Of a stretch of DNA of 64,000 nucleotides, positions 1-11,223 are shown in pieces. Made by a program: the position numbers and the translations under genes. The notes under the pieces were generated by a model that worked only from the letters and a program-made list of their open reading frames with translations, was not told the origin of the DNA and made no database searches. How positions within the stretch are numbered: position 1 is the first letter of the stretch; each line of letters starts with the position of its first letter. The DNA lies in IMG/VR virus record IMGVR_UViG_3300042482_000702, positions 248,001 through 312,000 of that record; one strand, 5' to 3'.

Positions 1-308
1 GTTCCTGTATAATTTATGGTGGTAATACCACCACTATTATCAATCGTATAACTTTTACAAGTTTGACCATTTATTCCCGATGTTCCACTAGTTCCCGATG
101 TTCCACTAGTTCCTGATTCACCACTAGTTCCTGATTCACCACTTGTTCCCGATGAACCGCTAGCTCCCGAAAATTGTTGAGTTAAGGCTGAAAAATAAAT
201 TGAATTGGTTTCTCCTGACGGGATAACATCGTAGTTTACAATAACCATCAACGAGTCTGATTGACCGGATGATACTAATGGTAATTGTGATATAGGTAAA
301 TTAGGCAT
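1..308 (-). CDS. Partial virion/fibre protein with collagen-like G-X-S (GTS/GES) repeats; runs off the window
   Basis: Manual translation from ATG at 308: MPNLPISQLP...SGASGSSGTSGESGTSGESGTSGTSGTSGTSGING..., with no stop before base 1. Confidence 0.75.
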   Translation of the reverse strand, partial: MPNLPISQLPLVSSGQSDSLMVIVNYDVIPSGETNSIYFSALTQQFSGASGSSGTSGESGTSGESGTSGTSGTSGTSGINGQTCKSYTIDNSGGITTINYTG

Positions 309-310
309 AG

Positions 311-985
311 TTAATTGATTAGAATTTTATTATTATTTTCTTGGTCTAATGTAAAATAATTCTCTTGTAATAAATAGTTTGTATCTTCAATTTGTGTGGG
401 TGTGGGTGTGGGTGTTGGTGTTGGTGTTGGTGTTTCAGTATTTGTCGGAGTAGGAGTATTAGTTGGTGTTTGGGTGTTTGTCGGAGTAGGAGTATTAGTT
501 GGTGTTTGAGTGTTTGTTGGTGTTTGAGTAGGCGTATTAGTTGGTGTTGGCGTATTAGTAGGCGTTGGTGGTGGTGGTAAATAACTTAAAACACAAGTCT
601 TATTTAATTCAGTGATACATATAACATATTGACCATAATAATATTCTGTATAATATACATAGGGTAATACTACAGAACCTAAATCTATTGTACCTCCTGT
701 TAGAGGGTTATAGGTTATATTTCCGCAATATCCGCTGTAATTATTTGTCGATATTGTAAATTTAGGTGTAGGAATTAATTCAAAACTACCAGTAAAATCA
801 CAATCAATTATAAATGCCGGTGTTGGTGTTACCGGAATTTTACGGTAAGAATCATTATCTTGTTTACTACTTAATTTATTAAAACCTGGTGGGATAACCT
901 GAACATTAAAGATATTTTGTCCATCAACAACTAGTCGTGAACCCCCAATAATATTCCCTGATTTTTTTCTATTAACAAATCCCAT
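311..985 (-). CDS. Pro/Thr-repeat structural protein
   Basis: TPTNTP repeats; the segment NNYSG...TGGTIDLG...YYG is shared with the N-terminus of 30744..32855. Confidence 0.7.
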   Translation of the reverse strand: MGFVNRKKSGNIIGGSRLVVDGQNIFNVQVIPPGFNKLSSKQDNDSYRKIPVTPTPAFIIDCDFTGSFELIPTPKFTISTNNYSGYCGNITYNPLTGGTIDLGSVVLPYVYYTEYYYGQYVICITELNKTCVLSYLPPPPTPTNTPTPTNTPTQTPTNTQTPTNTPTPTNTQTPTNTPTPTNTETPTPTPTPTPTPTQIEDTNYLLQENYFTLDQENNNKILIN

Positions 986-1005
986 CTTCTTTTAATTAAT
1001 AAATA

Positions 1006-2775
1006 TTATCTTCCACCAAATAACCAACCATATTTCATATAATCGTCTTTAGAAACTTGACTGGAACTAAATTGGTTTATTCTTTCGGTTAAATTTGGCA
1101 TAACCGGATTAAAAGAAATGGATTGTCCTATGTTCTGATTATTACTAACCGACCAAGAATCAATCATCGCTTTGGTATGTTCTGTTACTTTGGTTAAATT
1201 ACTAAATGATGATTCAGCCACATATGTTGCCATAGCAATTGACATAATTAAATCATCGTGGTGTCCTTTCTGGTGGTCAGGTCTACCATTCATATAGATA
1301 AAAGTATTCATTTCCCCACATAAACGAGTACTATAAATTTTAAATCCGTGTCTTAATACTTCTTCAAAAGACGCAATAATTTGAACCCTTTTATTATTAA
1401 AATTTATTCCTGGTATTTTATCTAAAGCTTTTGGGTCGTATTTCCATTTATTTGATGAGTCAACCCCATCAATATATAAATTTCTATATCCCATCTCTTG
1501 CATTTTTCTCGCTGTTGATACGCCCATTCCTCCGGTAATATCAATAACAACAAAACACGAATACATTGTCGCCCATTTATAGGCGATTTCTGCCATAACA
1601 TCGGGTGGTATTTTCCCCACATATTCGGCAACTTGTTCATTAGTGTCAAAATCTACAATTTGGAATGAACTAAAATCTTCACTATCACCCCTAGATACAT
1701 CACAACCCATAATATATTTATGACCGATAACTGGTTCTTTCCAAATCCAAAGGGCGTTACCCATCATTTTACTAATAGGGTCTTTAACCATATTTTCATG
1801 GATTCCTTGCATCATTTTAGAATCAAATACATTATCACCTGACCCAAGGAAATTACATTCTAACTCCTGAGATACTTTACGTTTGTCGTATTTTAATTTT
1901 TTAACCATCGCTTCAAACCAAGAAGAACAAGGTTTGTATCCATCATCCATTAAAACTCTTAATTCTTTATAGTCTCTTTCATATGGTGATATGTTAGCCC
2001 AACTAATGGTTTCTTTTTCATCATAATCTTCTTTATTTAAAAGGTAATGAATAATATCCTCAGTTTTAACCATATATAAATCTTTAGTATAACGAGGGTC
2101 ACGATACCAATACATTTCGGTAATCTTGAAGTCGTTCATACCTCTTAAAGCTTGGTCATAAATTTCATAGTAAATTGGGTCATATCCATTGGGTGTAGAA
2201 ACCACAATTACTTTACCCCCCGTAGATAGGGATGCCATACAGGCAGACCAGAAGTCATTGTCGGCTTCAATAAACGCCGCCTCATCAAATATTAATATTG
2301 TAGGTGTAAATCCACGAAGTGCATCCTTTGATGTTGCAACGGCTTTTACTTCACTACCATTAAGTAATTTATAATGTTTTTGAGCGTTTTTATCAGGGGA
2401 AAATCCAATACCAACCCAGTCAGGCCATTGAGCAACAAATGCTCTAATCTTGTTCGCCATTTCAATAGATGTATCAAGTTTGTTGGCAATAATTAAGACT
2501 TTCTCGGGTTTTGTTTTTTTGGCAAACGATAATTTCATTGACGCCCAAGCTGCGGTAACGGTTGTTACACCCGCTTGTCTGTATTTTAACGCAATGTTTT
2601 CGTTGTTGTTTTCGTAATCCTCAAGTAAGGTTATTTGGTCGGGGAATAATTCTAATGGGACATATTTTGATACAGTATTGTCATAAGTTTGTAGATACGT
2701 CTTTAACGCGTAACTTACATCCTTATGACATTTTACATATTCTATTAATACTTGCTCTCTTGTTAAATTTGACAT
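1006..2775 (-). CDS. terL: Terminase large subunit (T4 gp17-like)
   Basis: Walker A-like KYRQAGVTT, Walker B IFDEAAF, coupling motif VSTPNG, nuclease GCDVSRG and HHDDLIMS. Confidence 0.95.
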   Translation of the reverse strand: MSNLTREQVLIEYVKCHKDVSYALKTYLQTYDNTVSKYVPLELFPDQITLLEDYENNNENIALKYRQAGVTTVTAAWASMKLSFAKKTKPEKVLIIANKLDTSIEMANKIRAFVAQWPDWVGIGFSPDKNAQKHYKLLNGSEVKAVATSKDALRGFTPTILIFDEAAFIEADNDFWSACMASLSTGGKVIVVSTPNGYDPIYYEIYDQALRGMNDFKITEMYWYRDPRYTKDLYMVKTEDIIHYLLNKEDYDEKETISWANISPYERDYKELRVLMDDGYKPCSSWFEAMVKKLKYDKRKVSQELECNFLGSGDNVFDSKMMQGIHENMVKDPISKMMGNALWIWKEPVIGHKYIMGCDVSRGDSEDFSSFQIVDFDTNEQVAEYVGKIPPDVMAEIAYKWATMYSCFVVIDITGGMGVSTARKMQEMGYRNLYIDGVDSSNKWKYDPKALDKIPGINFNNKRVQIIASFEEVLRHGFKIYSTRLCGEMNTFIYMNGRPDHQKGHHDDLIMSIAMATYVAESSFSNLTKVTEHTKAMIDSWSVSNNQNIGQSISFNPVMPNLTERINQFSSSQVSKDDYMKYGWLFGGR

Positions 2776-2794
2776 ACATTGTCGTTTTGTTTGT

Positions 2795-4153
2795 TTAGAA
2801 CCCTAGTTCTGACAAATCAAAATCATCAAAGTCGTCATCACCGTAGTCTTCGTTATCATCATCGGAACCCATTTTTTCATCGTATTCGTCTTTTTTCAAA
2901 TCTTCAGTAATTTCATTTACCATTCTTTGAATAAATTCACCGCCTTTTGGGTCACCTTCTAAAATTAATTTAGCTACTCTCATAAATTCTGCTGCCGATA
3001 ATTTTGAAAATCTAACAAATAAGTAATGTTGGATATGTTTCATATCATCTTCAAATAATTTGTCCGGATATGATTCTATAAATTTCTCCCAAAATATTGG
3101 ACCTAATCTAGAATCCCATACCTCAGCAGGTAAAGTATCTTCAGAACCTAAAACCATTTCAGCTTGTCTTGGGTCATCAGGTAAACCGTGAGTACCAAAA
3201 ACTTCATAAACACCTTTCACTAATTCGTGAATTAATAAAGGGAATGTCATTGCTTTTGCTTTAACTGTTGGTGGGTCGGTTTCTTCATCAACTTCACTTT
3301 GACCCATTTGACCACCACCTCCGGCTGCCATACCTTCCATATCAGGATATAACCAATATAAATGTTCCATTAAGGATTGTGTGACACCATAAAGGTTTAA
3401 TAAATTAGGGTCTAATCTATTAATTTCATCACTAAGTAAAACATACATATGTCCACCTTTAAATGCTGCTCCTTGTATAAGAGAATTAATCATTCTTCTT
3501 TTTGCCTTCTCTAAATTGAATTGTTCAAATTCGTCGGCAAAATCTTGTAATTCTTCACTATGTTCTTCAGCCTTTTTGAAGGCGTCTTTAACTTCTTCTT
3601 CACTAGGTTGTGTTGGTTCTGCTTGCATTCCTTGAGCGGCACCCATTGGTCGTTGGATAAGTTGAGCGTCAAATTGTAAAGACCCTTCAGGTATACCCAA
3701 TTCTTTTTTAACCAAATTAACAGCCAAATTCTCAAGATATTCTTTATTTTGAGATTCAACTCTCATAATTTGTTGTAGACTATTCATTACGGTTTGCATA
3801 ATGTTCATCATAGGGTTATTTCCTTGTATAGCGGAAGTATCACCCAAATAACGTCTTACCTTATCTACAGAGTCTTTAAAACGTTTTGAGGATATAACCT
3901 CAATATAATCAGTTTCACCATCGTTTGGTAATGCCGGATGTTCAGCGTAAGGAGTTTGTCTTGAAGTTATTTTTCTCTCGATTCCCGGTTCCATTCTTTC
4001 CGGACCTTCATAGCTAATAGGAGCCTCTTTTAAATTAGATTTAATTTCATTTAAAATTAACTGTTCTTTTTTTGTTAAACCTTCGTTAACTAATTTTTTT
4101 TCTAAATTCGCCTTTGATTTCAATATCTTTTCCATTTTTAAATTTACACTCAT
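2795..4153 (-). CDS. Hypothetical protein, probably virion-associated
   Basis: 452-aa ORF in the same-strand block upstream of terL; acidic tail. Confidence 0.7.
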   Translation of the reverse strand: MSVNLKMEKILKSKANLEKKLVNEGLTKKEQLILNEIKSNLKEAPISYEGPERMEPGIERKITSRQTPYAEHPALPNDGETDYIEVISSKRFKDSVDKVRRYLGDTSAIQGNNPMMNIMQTVMNSLQQIMRVESQNKEYLENLAVNLVKKELGIPEGSLQFDAQLIQRPMGAAQGMQAEPTQPSEEEVKDAFKKAEEHSEELQDFADEFEQFNLEKAKRRMINSLIQGAAFKGGHMYVLLSDEINRLDPNLLNLYGVTQSLMEHLYWLYPDMEGMAAGGGGQMGQSEVDEETDPPTVKAKAMTFPLLIHELVKGVYEVFGTHGLPDDPRQAEMVLGSEDTLPAEVWDSRLGPIFWEKFIESYPDKLFEDDMKHIQHYLFVRFSKLSAAEFMRVAKLILEGDPKGGEFIQRMVNEITEDLKKDEYDEKMGSDDDNEDYGDDDFDDFDLSELGF

Positions 4154-5100
4154 TACCCTTTAAGTTTAATACCTATTTCATTAAAAGACAACCAACTTGG
4201 TAAATTCTTTTTAATTGCTTTTGGAGCTGGTTTAGGTCCTGGTTTTGGACTATATGGTGACCCCGGTTTTTTAGGTTTTGTTCCCGGTTTAACCGTTGGT
4301 CTTGCCGGAGCAATTTCAGGAGATTGTTCACCAATTTCTTTTTTCGCCTTTGGAGCTGGTTTAACACCAGGTTTAGGTTTGTATGGAGAATCAGTTCCCG
4401 GTTTTGTTGTTGGTTTAACTTTTGGTTTTGCAGGGGCAGTTTCTGACCCTTCATCTAAAAGACTTAAAAAATCTTTTTTACTCATTTTTGGAGTAATGTG
4501 TTTCTCAACTAATTTTGTAATTCTATTTTCCAATTCACTTACAAATTTAGGGTTTGGTTGGACTTGTCCTACTTTATTTGACATAATTTTAGTGTGTGCG
4601 TTTTGTACCATATCTAAATAACCTTCTTTAGTTTCTGTTTTCTTTTCGGGTAGTTTAGCAAAGTTAGTATCTTTTGAGAATTCATCAGCCATTTTACACC
4701 ATTTTTTTTGTTCTTTGGTTTTTCCATCACCACATTTAGCGAAGAAATATTTTTGTTGTTTTTTAGATTCAAATTTTTCATCTACTTCACCTTCAACCGT
4801 TTCGTCTTTTTCAGACACAACTGTTAATTTTTTAGTTGCCGGGTCTATACTCATTGGAACACCTTTTTTAGCCATCAAATCTTGAGCTGCTTTTCTATCA
4901 GTATCTACCGCTGGGTCAAATGTAGTTGTTGTGGAGGTTTTTGTAACTGATTCTTTAGTATCTTTTTTAGATTCCGCTAATTTACCAAATAATAAATTAA
5001 CTTGAGATTCACTTAAATTTTCTAAAGTGGATGGTTTTAATCCGTGACCAATTAACTTTAATTTTTTTTGATTAGTGTTCATATATAATTGTTTTTTCAA
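4153..5100 (-). CDS. Hypothetical Lys/Pro-rich protein with duplicated SPYxPKPGxKPAPKA
   Basis: ORF track; internal repeat; the true start may be the second Met. Confidence 0.65.
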   Translation of the reverse strand: MKKQLYMNTNQKKLKLIGHGLKPSTLENLSESQVNLLFGKLAESKKDTKESVTKTSTTTTFDPAVDTDRKAAQDLMAKKGVPMSIDPATKKLTVVSEKDETVEGEVDEKFESKKQQKYFFAKCGDGKTKEQKKWCKMADEFSKDTNFAKLPEKKTETKEGYLDMVQNAHTKIMSNKVGQVQPNPKFVSELENRITKLVEKHITPKMSKKDFLSLLDEGSETAPAKPKVKPTTKPGTDSPYKPKPGVKPAPKAKKEIGEQSPEIAPARPTVKPGTKPKKPGSPYSPKPGPKPAPKAIKKNLPSWLSFNEIGIKLKG

Positions 5101-5482
5101 ATTCTAAAACGATATCTCGTTCATATAATTTATTTTTAACCGATTCTTCGGTTTCTCCAAATTTAAAAACCAACCTTTTTTGGTGGTTAAAATCAACATC
5201 ATCGTTTTCATTTTCCCAAGACAATGATATAATACCATCAATAGTATCAATCATCGAGAAATAGTCAGAGTTTTGAATTACTGACATTGTTATAACGTCA
5301 TTCTTCAAAACTCCTACTTTTTTTATATGTTCTAAATCAGGTGGTAACGGGTAACCATTAGATGGTTTTGAATCCCAGTTTTCCCCCCAAATATCTTCTG
5401 AACTATCCGAAAAAATAAATTCATATATGTTATCACCCTTATAATTTGGACCTAATTCATTAACATATATTAAATAATTCAT
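5072..5482 (-). CDS. Hypothetical protein
   Basis: ORF tightly coupled to its neighbours. Confidence 0.65.
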   Translation of the reverse strand: MNYLIYVNELGPNYKGDNIYEFIFSDSSEDIWGENWDSKPSNGYPLPPDLEHIKKVGVLKNDVITMSVIQNSDYFSMIDTIDGIISLSWENENDDVDFNHQKRLVFKFGETEESVKNKLYERDIVLEFEKTIIYEH

Positions 5483-7059
5483 TACAATATTTGACCTTTG
5501 GTGTTTACTCTTAATTGTTTATTGTTCATTTCAAACACTAAATTATTTTTGTTAGTTTTACCAATTAATTTTGCTTCAGGATATTTGTTAATCACTTTAG
5601 TTGATGCAACTTCTTGAGAAATACTTTCAGAAAGTTTTTTAATATTACTAATTTTTTCTTTTCTAACTTCCTTTAATGAAGTTGATTGTTGTATTTTAGA
5701 TTCTAAAATTTGTTTTTCTTTCTCATTGATTTTAAAATATTTTTCCAAAATACTATCAACTTTTGATTCGCTAAACAATCCTTCTATCATTTCTTCCATA
5801 CGACTAGAATGGTCGTCACTCATAGAATGATGTCTATTTTTACGCTTTGGATAGTTTGGTAATTCATCGTAGATATCATCCGGGTTTTCATCATTAACAT
5901 CATCATAACTAAATCCTTCACCCATCTCATCTTTTCTAGTTTTAACTTTAAATGGTTTACCTGTTGTTTTTTTATAGTAATTAAAAGCGTTTTCACCATC
6001 ATTTGGTCCAAACCAGTTTTGTTTATCACCATATTTGTCGTGTAATTGTTTAAAAGTTTCAAATTCTTCAGTATCAAAATCATCACCAGCTATTCCATAT
6101 AACTCAGAATCTTTAGGTGTTCTATCTTTTTCATCAAAATATTTATCACCTTTGAAATCTTTTCTATCTAAATTACCAAATGAACCATACATTCCTTCAC
6201 CCATTTCACCACTTGGTACTTCAGGTTGTAATTCTTCATCACCCATTTCGTCAGAACCCATTTCGTCTTGACCTTCATCATTTCCACCATCAAAAGGATT
6301 TTCATCTTCAATACCTTCTAATTTATTCATAATATCTTCTTTATCTTCTTCTTCTAAAGATTCTAAATCTAAAGCCGATAAAATAGAGTTGATAACATAT
6401 TTTACATCTTTTGATGAAAGATTTTCTTCTTCACTATCTTCAAGGATTCTTAATTTTTGAGCTAATTTCCCTGTTAATTTTTGAATAACTTTAAGGTTAA
6501 CAACCTCATCGTCCATTTCTTGGTCATCTCCTAAATCCATATCTTCTTCCGGTTCAGGTAAATCTAATTCTTCTTCAGGTGCAGGAGCGGGGGCAGGTGC
6601 CGGTGCAGGAGCGGGTGCTGGTGCAGGAGCCGGAGCAGCTGCCGGTGCTACTTGTTCTGTCGCATCTATTTTTAAAATATATTTCGTAGCGTCATTATCG
6701 CTTTCAAAAAATAAATTAACATTATTTTCTTGACCTTCATTAACATTAATTTCTTTTGCAATTAAGTTAAGTCTTTTAAAGGCTTGTGAATATGATGAAT
6801 AATATTTTCTATTTTTCATAGGGTCTAAATAATCACCTTCACCGGTAGATTCGGATATTGTTTTTTTAATTACATAACCATTTCTTTCTTTAACAATTTG
6901 ATAATTGTTTCCGTCAGCCAATACTTTATTATATTCAACTGATTTATTCTCATTAATTGAATTTGGAGTATTTTCTTTATATCTGGCAATTTCCATTATA
7001 CGAGTAATTTTTTCCATACCCTCTAATTTTTCACTACCAACTGGTTTTAATTTTCCCAT
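5482..7059 (-). CDS. Acidic, PA-repeat protein (possible head scaffold/core)
   Basis: Very acidic, APAPAP linker, many (I/L)xE motifs; TATTTAT motif upstream. Confidence 0.55.
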   Translation of the reverse strand: MGKLKPVGSEKLEGMEKITRIMEIARYKENTPNSINENKSVEYNKVLADGNNYQIVKERNGYVIKKTISESTGEGDYLDPMKNRKYYSSYSQAFKRLNLIAKEINVNEGQENNVNLFFESDNDATKYILKIDATEQVAPAAAPAPAPAPAPAPAPAPAPAPEEELDLPEPEEDMDLGDDQEMDDEVVNLKVIQKLTGKLAQKLRILEDSEEENLSSKDVKYVINSILSALDLESLEEEDKEDIMNKLEGIEDENPFDGGNDEGQDEMGSDEMGDEELQPEVPSGEMGEGMYGSFGNLDRKDFKGDKYFDEKDRTPKDSELYGIAGDDFDTEEFETFKQLHDKYGDKQNWFGPNDGENAFNYYKKTTGKPFKVKTRKDEMGEGFSYDDVNDENPDDIYDELPNYPKRKNRHHSMSDDHSSRMEEMIEGLFSESKVDSILEKYFKINEKEKQILESKIQQSTSLKEVRKEKISNIKKLSESISQEVASTKVINKYPEAKLIGKTNKNNLVFEMNNKQLRVNTKGQIL

Positions 7060-7135
7060 TTTTTTATTTTTGTTTTTTAAATTAATTTATATATAAATAT
7101 ATTCAGAATTAAAAATGTTGAGATTTTAATTCTTT

Positions 7136-7882
7136 TTATTGTATTTCATTTAAGGATAATGATTTATCAATGTACTCATTTTGAAAATCAAACAATTTTT
7201 CTAGGTATCCATTTCTTCTTAATACCTTGAAAACTAAATTTTCATTTGATAGTTCCCCACCTTTTTCTAACCCTGAAGTTCTATACTTTTTTAACTTATC
7301 TTTATACCTATCTATTAATTTTTTCGCATCGTCCAATGATTCATCTTTAGCGTTTTCAATAACATCATCAATGGTTTTCATCCATTCTTCTGATTTTATT
7401 TTAACTGATTGGGTATCAATTTCTACATTTTCTTTTTTTGGTTCGCTAACCCATTCATCAAATAAAACAGAATATTCACCACTACTAAAATGTTTTTCTA
7501 CATCATCCTGAACATACAATTCAACATCATATCCATATATGGTTATATTATGTTTGTCATTATATAAAGTTTTTTTTAATCTAAACAATTCTTCATACAA
7601 TGGTAATTCTTTTTCCGAAAATTGTTTAAAATCCACAATTATATGTAAATCAACATCAGAATATTTTGACCAATTAAAATTTGCCAACGAACCGGTCATA
7701 ACCACATCGGAGACAATTACATCAACACCCAAAAAATCAATGAACTCATAAGCAATTTCTAAAAGACGTTCCCTTACTTTGGGAGCCATCGTTTCTACTT
7801 CATCTTCTTGTGAGTTCCAAAATTTAGGATTTAGTTCGTCTTGTAATCTAAAACTGGATAATATACTTTTTAAATTGCTCAT
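7136..7882 (-). CDS. Pol-beta-family nucleotidyltransferase
   Basis: GS...SDVDLH signature (hG[GS]x9-13DhD) and downstream VELY. Confidence 0.8.
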   Translation of the reverse strand: MSNLKSILSSFRLQDELNPKFWNSQEDEVETMAPKVRERLLEIAYEFIDFLGVDVIVSDVVMTGSLANFNWSKYSDVDLHIIVDFKQFSEKELPLYEELFRLKKTLYNDKHNITIYGYDVELYVQDDVEKHFSSGEYSVLFDEWVSEPKKENVEIDTQSVKIKSEEWMKTIDDVIENAKDESLDDAKKLIDRYKDKLKKYRTSGLEKGGELSNENLVFKVLRRNGYLEKLFDFQNEYIDKSLSLNEIQ

Positions 7883-7912
7883 TAACTATAAATACTTAAA
7901 TATTTATAATTG

Positions 7913-8155
7913 TTACAATTTTTTGTATTTGAATACCTTTGAAATATCTGTGGTAAAAAACTTACCTTGTGATTCCGCCATTCTGAATTTTGTATATACA
8001 TTATGAGGAACTGCCTCATACTCGTATTTCATACCATTTTTAAACTCAGCGATTAATTTTTTAGTTTCGGTATCGTATTCAGTTTTTACGATATTTGTTG
8101 ACTCAATTTCATTAATAATTTTAGTCCCGTCTATTGTTTCTTTTTTTATTGCCAT
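7913..8155 (-). CDS. KTSC domain protein
   Basis: S.NI...YD......L..EFKNG..Y.Y..VP..VY..F..AES.GKFF pattern. Confidence 0.9.
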   Translation of the reverse strand: MAIKKETIDGTKIINEIESTNIVKTEYDTETKKLIAEFKNGMKYEYEAVPHNVYTKFRMAESQGKFFTTDISKVFKYKKL

Positions 8156-8453
8156 TTTTTAAAGGTGTTTCTAAATCAATTATTTGTAATTTATCCATAA
8201 GATAAGCGTTAAACTCATTATTATCAACATCACCAAAAAAACTTCTTAATTCTGAATAAACATTATTCTTTAATGTTGAGAATTTTTGAAAGTTTCTCAT
8301 AATATCATTTGGGTAATATGGGGGTTTTTTAATATCCTCGTCAGACCAACCTTCCCGTTGGAATGACAATCTAAGATTCCTATAAGTTTCTGTTAGTTCA
8401 TTATCAATACCTAAAGTATCGATATATTTCATCCAAGCATTTTTATAATCCAT
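8121..8453 (-). CDS. Hypothetical protein (start re-called at MDYKNAW)
   Basis: The longer ORF call overlaps clpC; a TATTTAT motif sits just upstream of ATG 8453. Confidence 0.6.
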   Translation of the reverse strand: MDYKNAWMKYIDTLGIDNELTETYRNLRLSFQREGWSDEDIKKPPYYPNDIMRNFQKFSTLKNNVYSELRSFFGDVDNNEFNAYLMDKLQIIDLETPLKNGNKKRNNRRD

Positions 8454-8565
8454 TTTTATAAATATATTAAAAAAATGTTTTGGTAATCTAAAAATATGTA
8501 TTACTTTTGTCCAATCATTTGAAATAATGAAATTAACCCCTATACTTAAATAAAACAAATTAATT

Positions 8566-10617
8566 ATGATAGAATCTATGGATGGTAACGAAGGAAGAGG
8601 TAAGAACACAAGTGTTTCCGAATCAGCAACACCAGTGTTAGACAATTTTAGTCGAGATTTAATAAAATTGGCTGAAGAAGGGAAATTAGACCCTGTTATT
8701 GGTAGAGAAAGTGAAATAACGAGAATTGCTCAAATTCTTTCTCGTAGAAAGAAAAATAACCCAATTATTATTGGAGAACCTGGTTGTGGTAAAACCGCCA
8801 TTGTTGAGGGTCTCGCAATTAAAATCTATAATGGGGATTGTCCAAGAAATTTAATGGATAAAAGAATCGTATCATTAGATATGACATCAATCGTTGCCGG
8901 AACAAAGTATCGTGGTCAATTTGAAGAACGAATGAAAGTAATTATAGAAGAATTACAAAACGCACCAAACATCATCGTATTCATTGATGAGATTCATACC
9001 ATTGTTGGAGCGGGAAATTCATCAGGTTCAATGGACGCATCAAACATCTTTAAACCAGCTCTTGCTCGTGGAGAAATCCAATGTGTTGGAGCAACAACAT
9101 TAGATGAATATAGAAAAAACTTTGAGAAAGATGGAGCGTTAGAAAGACGATTCCAAAAAGTTGTTGTTGATTCACCAACCAAAGGGGAAACATTACTTAT
9201 CTTGGAACAATCAAAGGAAAAATATGAATCTTACCACAAGGTAACTTATTCCAACGAGATTTTAAATCTATGTGTGGATTTAGCAGAAAGATATATCACC
9301 GATAGAGAATTTCCGGACAAGGCGTTTGACATCTTGGATGAGGTTGGGGCGAGAAGTCAGGTTGAAATTAAAATGCCGGATTCAATTGAAAAATTGAAAT
9401 TACAAGCGTCCGATATTAAACAACAAAAAATGGATGTTGTTAAACGACAAGATTACGAAGAAGCGGCAAATTTACGAGATAAAGAAAAGAGAGTTTTAAC
9501 CAAACTTGAAACTGAAAAGAAAAAGTTTGAAGAGGAACTCTTAACTAATAAAAAAGAGATTACTGTTGATTTGGTTTATGAGGTTGTATCCAATATTACC
9601 AAAATTCCAATCACCAAATTAAACTCTGATGAGACTAAATTATTATCCGAAATGGAAAATAATTTATCCGATAAGGTTATTGGACAATCTGATGCAGTTT
9701 CAAAAATTGCCAAGTCAATTAGAAGAAGTAGAATCGGGATTAAAGACCCAAACAAACCAATTGGTTCATTTATCTTTTTAGGTTCAACTGGTGTTGGTAA
9801 AACATATCTAGCAAAACAACTCGCCAAACAAATGTTCGGTAGTGAGGATAATATGATTCGTGTGGATATGTCGGAATACCAAGAAAAACATACCATATCA
9901 AGATTAATCGGAGCTCCTAGCGGATATGTTGGGTATGAAGATGGGGGACAACTAACCGAACAGGTTAAAAATAAACCATATTCTGTTATTCTATTTGATG
10001 AGGTTGAGAAAGCTCATAAAGATATTTTCTCCACACTTCTTCAAGTATTGGATGAAGGACACTTAACCGATAGTTTAGGTAAGAAAATCAATTTCAAAAA
10101 TTGTGTGATTATTATGACCTCAAATGTTGGTGCCAAAAAATTACAAGATTTTGGTTCAGGTGTTGGTTTTAAAACGGGGGGAAGTGCTTATGTTGAGGAG
10201 GAATATCGTAGAGATGTTTTGAAAAAGGAATTAAAGAAATTCTTTACTCCGGAATTCTTAAATCGTGTGGACGAAATTGTAATCTTTAATTCTTTAGTGA
10301 AAGAAGATGTTAAAAAAATTGTGAAATTAGAATTGGATATTCTAACTAAACGATTAACCGGAATGAAATATAACATCACTTTTGATGGTAGTGTTTTAGA
10401 TTTAATATCTGATGTTGGATTTGATGAGACATACGGAGCAAGACCGATTAAAAGAGCTATCCAAGATAAACTTGAGGATTTTGTATCTGAAGAGATTATA
10501 AAAGGAAATGTTGTAGAAAACACTCCATACACAATCACCTCTGTTGATAAGGAAATTAAATTTCAAGAGGTTGTTGAAGTTGTGAAAAAGACAAGAAAGA
10601 AAAAGGGGGATTTATAA
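8566..10617 (+). CDS. clpC: ClpC-type AAA+ unfoldase lacking the N-terminal Clp-repeat domain
   Basis: Two Walker A motifs ([16 protein letters not shown]), pore loops KYRG and GYVG, UVR-like [11 protein letters not shown], ClpP-docking-like GVGF. Confidence 0.9.
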   Translation: MIESMDGNEGRGKNTSVSESATPVLDNFSRDLIKLAEEGKLDPVIGRESEITRIAQILSRRKKNNPIIIGEPGCGKTAIVEGLAIKIYNGDCPRNLMDKRIVSLDMTSIVAGTKYRGQFEERMKVIIEELQNAPNIIVFIDEIHTIVGAGNSSGSMDASNIFKPALARGEIQCVGATTLDEYRKNFEKDGALERRFQKVVVDSPTKGETLLILEQSKEKYESYHKVTYSNEILNLCVDLAERYITDREFPDKAFDILDEVGARSQVEIKMPDSIEKLKLQASDIKQQKMDVVKRQDYEEAANLRDKEKRVLTKLETEKKKFEEELLTNKKEITVDLVYEVVSNITKIPITKLNSDETKLLSEMENNLSDKVIGQSDAVSKIAKSIRRSRIGIKDPNKPIGSFIFLGSTGVGKTYLAKQLAKQMFGSEDNMIRVDMSEYQEKHTISRLIGAPSGYVGYEDGGQLTEQVKNKPYSVILFDEVEKAHKDIFSTLLQVLDEGHLTDSLGKKINFKNCVIIMTSNVGAKKLQDFGSGVGFKTGGSAYVEEEYRRDVLKKELKKFFTPEFLNRVDEIVIFNSLVKEDVKKIVKLELDILTKRLTGMKYNITFDGSVLDLISDVGFDETYGARPIKRAIQDKLEDFVSEEIIKGNVVENTPYTITSVDKEIKFQEVVEVVKKTRKKKGDL

Positions 10618-10670
10618 TCCCCTCTTTAAATACCAAAAAAATAACCCCACCTTTCGGAGGGGTTTTTTAT
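10602..10670. terminator. Convergent intrinsic terminator hairpins
   Basis: GGGGGAT...ATCCCC and AACCCC..TTTCG..GGGGTT with A/T tracts, between convergent genes. Confidence 0.7.
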
Positions 10671-11174
10671 TTAATTTTTGTCATTTGAATTATTCTCACC
10701 ATATTTATCTATAATTTGTTCAACACGATGATAAGACTTTCTTCCCATATTAAATTTGATTGTTTTGTTACTCCCATCGTTAATTCTGTAAGATAAATCA
10801 ACATTACCATCACTGTCAATTGTTATATTAACAGGTAATTTAATATTATCACGATGTTTAAAAATGTGAGACCTATTTCCATCAATATGTAAATCAATAC
10901 TGTTATCAATTTTTTCATACGATAATTTATAATCATTGGGATTAGTTTCAAATTCTCTGAACATTTTTTTGAACACCGTTTTATCATCAAGTTTTAATCC
11001 AGACATTAATATGGATTCAAGTATTTGACGACCAAACAATTTCATAAATATATGTACACCTAATGTCATTAATAAAAATTCCCCAAAATTTTCATTTATG
11101 GTTTTTTTTCCTGTGTGCATCTCAAGGATTCTACTTTTTTCTTCTTGAGAAATATTATTAAATAAATTTTTCAT
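10671..11174 (-). CDS. Hypothetical protein with N-terminal EEKSRILEMH...INE motif
   Basis: ORF; motif family shared with 52790 and 57347. Confidence 0.65.
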   Translation of the reverse strand: MKNLFNNISQEEKSRILEMHTGKKTINENFGEFLLMTLGVHIFMKLFGRQILESILMSGLKLDDKTVFKKMFREFETNPNDYKLSYEKIDNSIDLHIDGNRSHIFKHRDNIKLPVNITIDSDGNVDLSYRINDGSNKTIKFNMGRKSYHRVEQIIDKYGENNSNDKN

Positions 11175-11223
11175 ATTAATTTTTATTATAAATATATTAC
11201 AAAAAAAAAGAGACCGAAGTCTC

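Noticed and set aside
392-580. Cys/Trp-rich + strand ORF, and similar VGVGVG ORFs at 24037 and 29013
   Set aside because: Antisense shadows of Pro/Thr repeat codons
8454-8645. N-terminal extension of ORF 8121..8645
   Set aside because: Overlaps the clpC start and promoter; an internal ATG has a promoter motif
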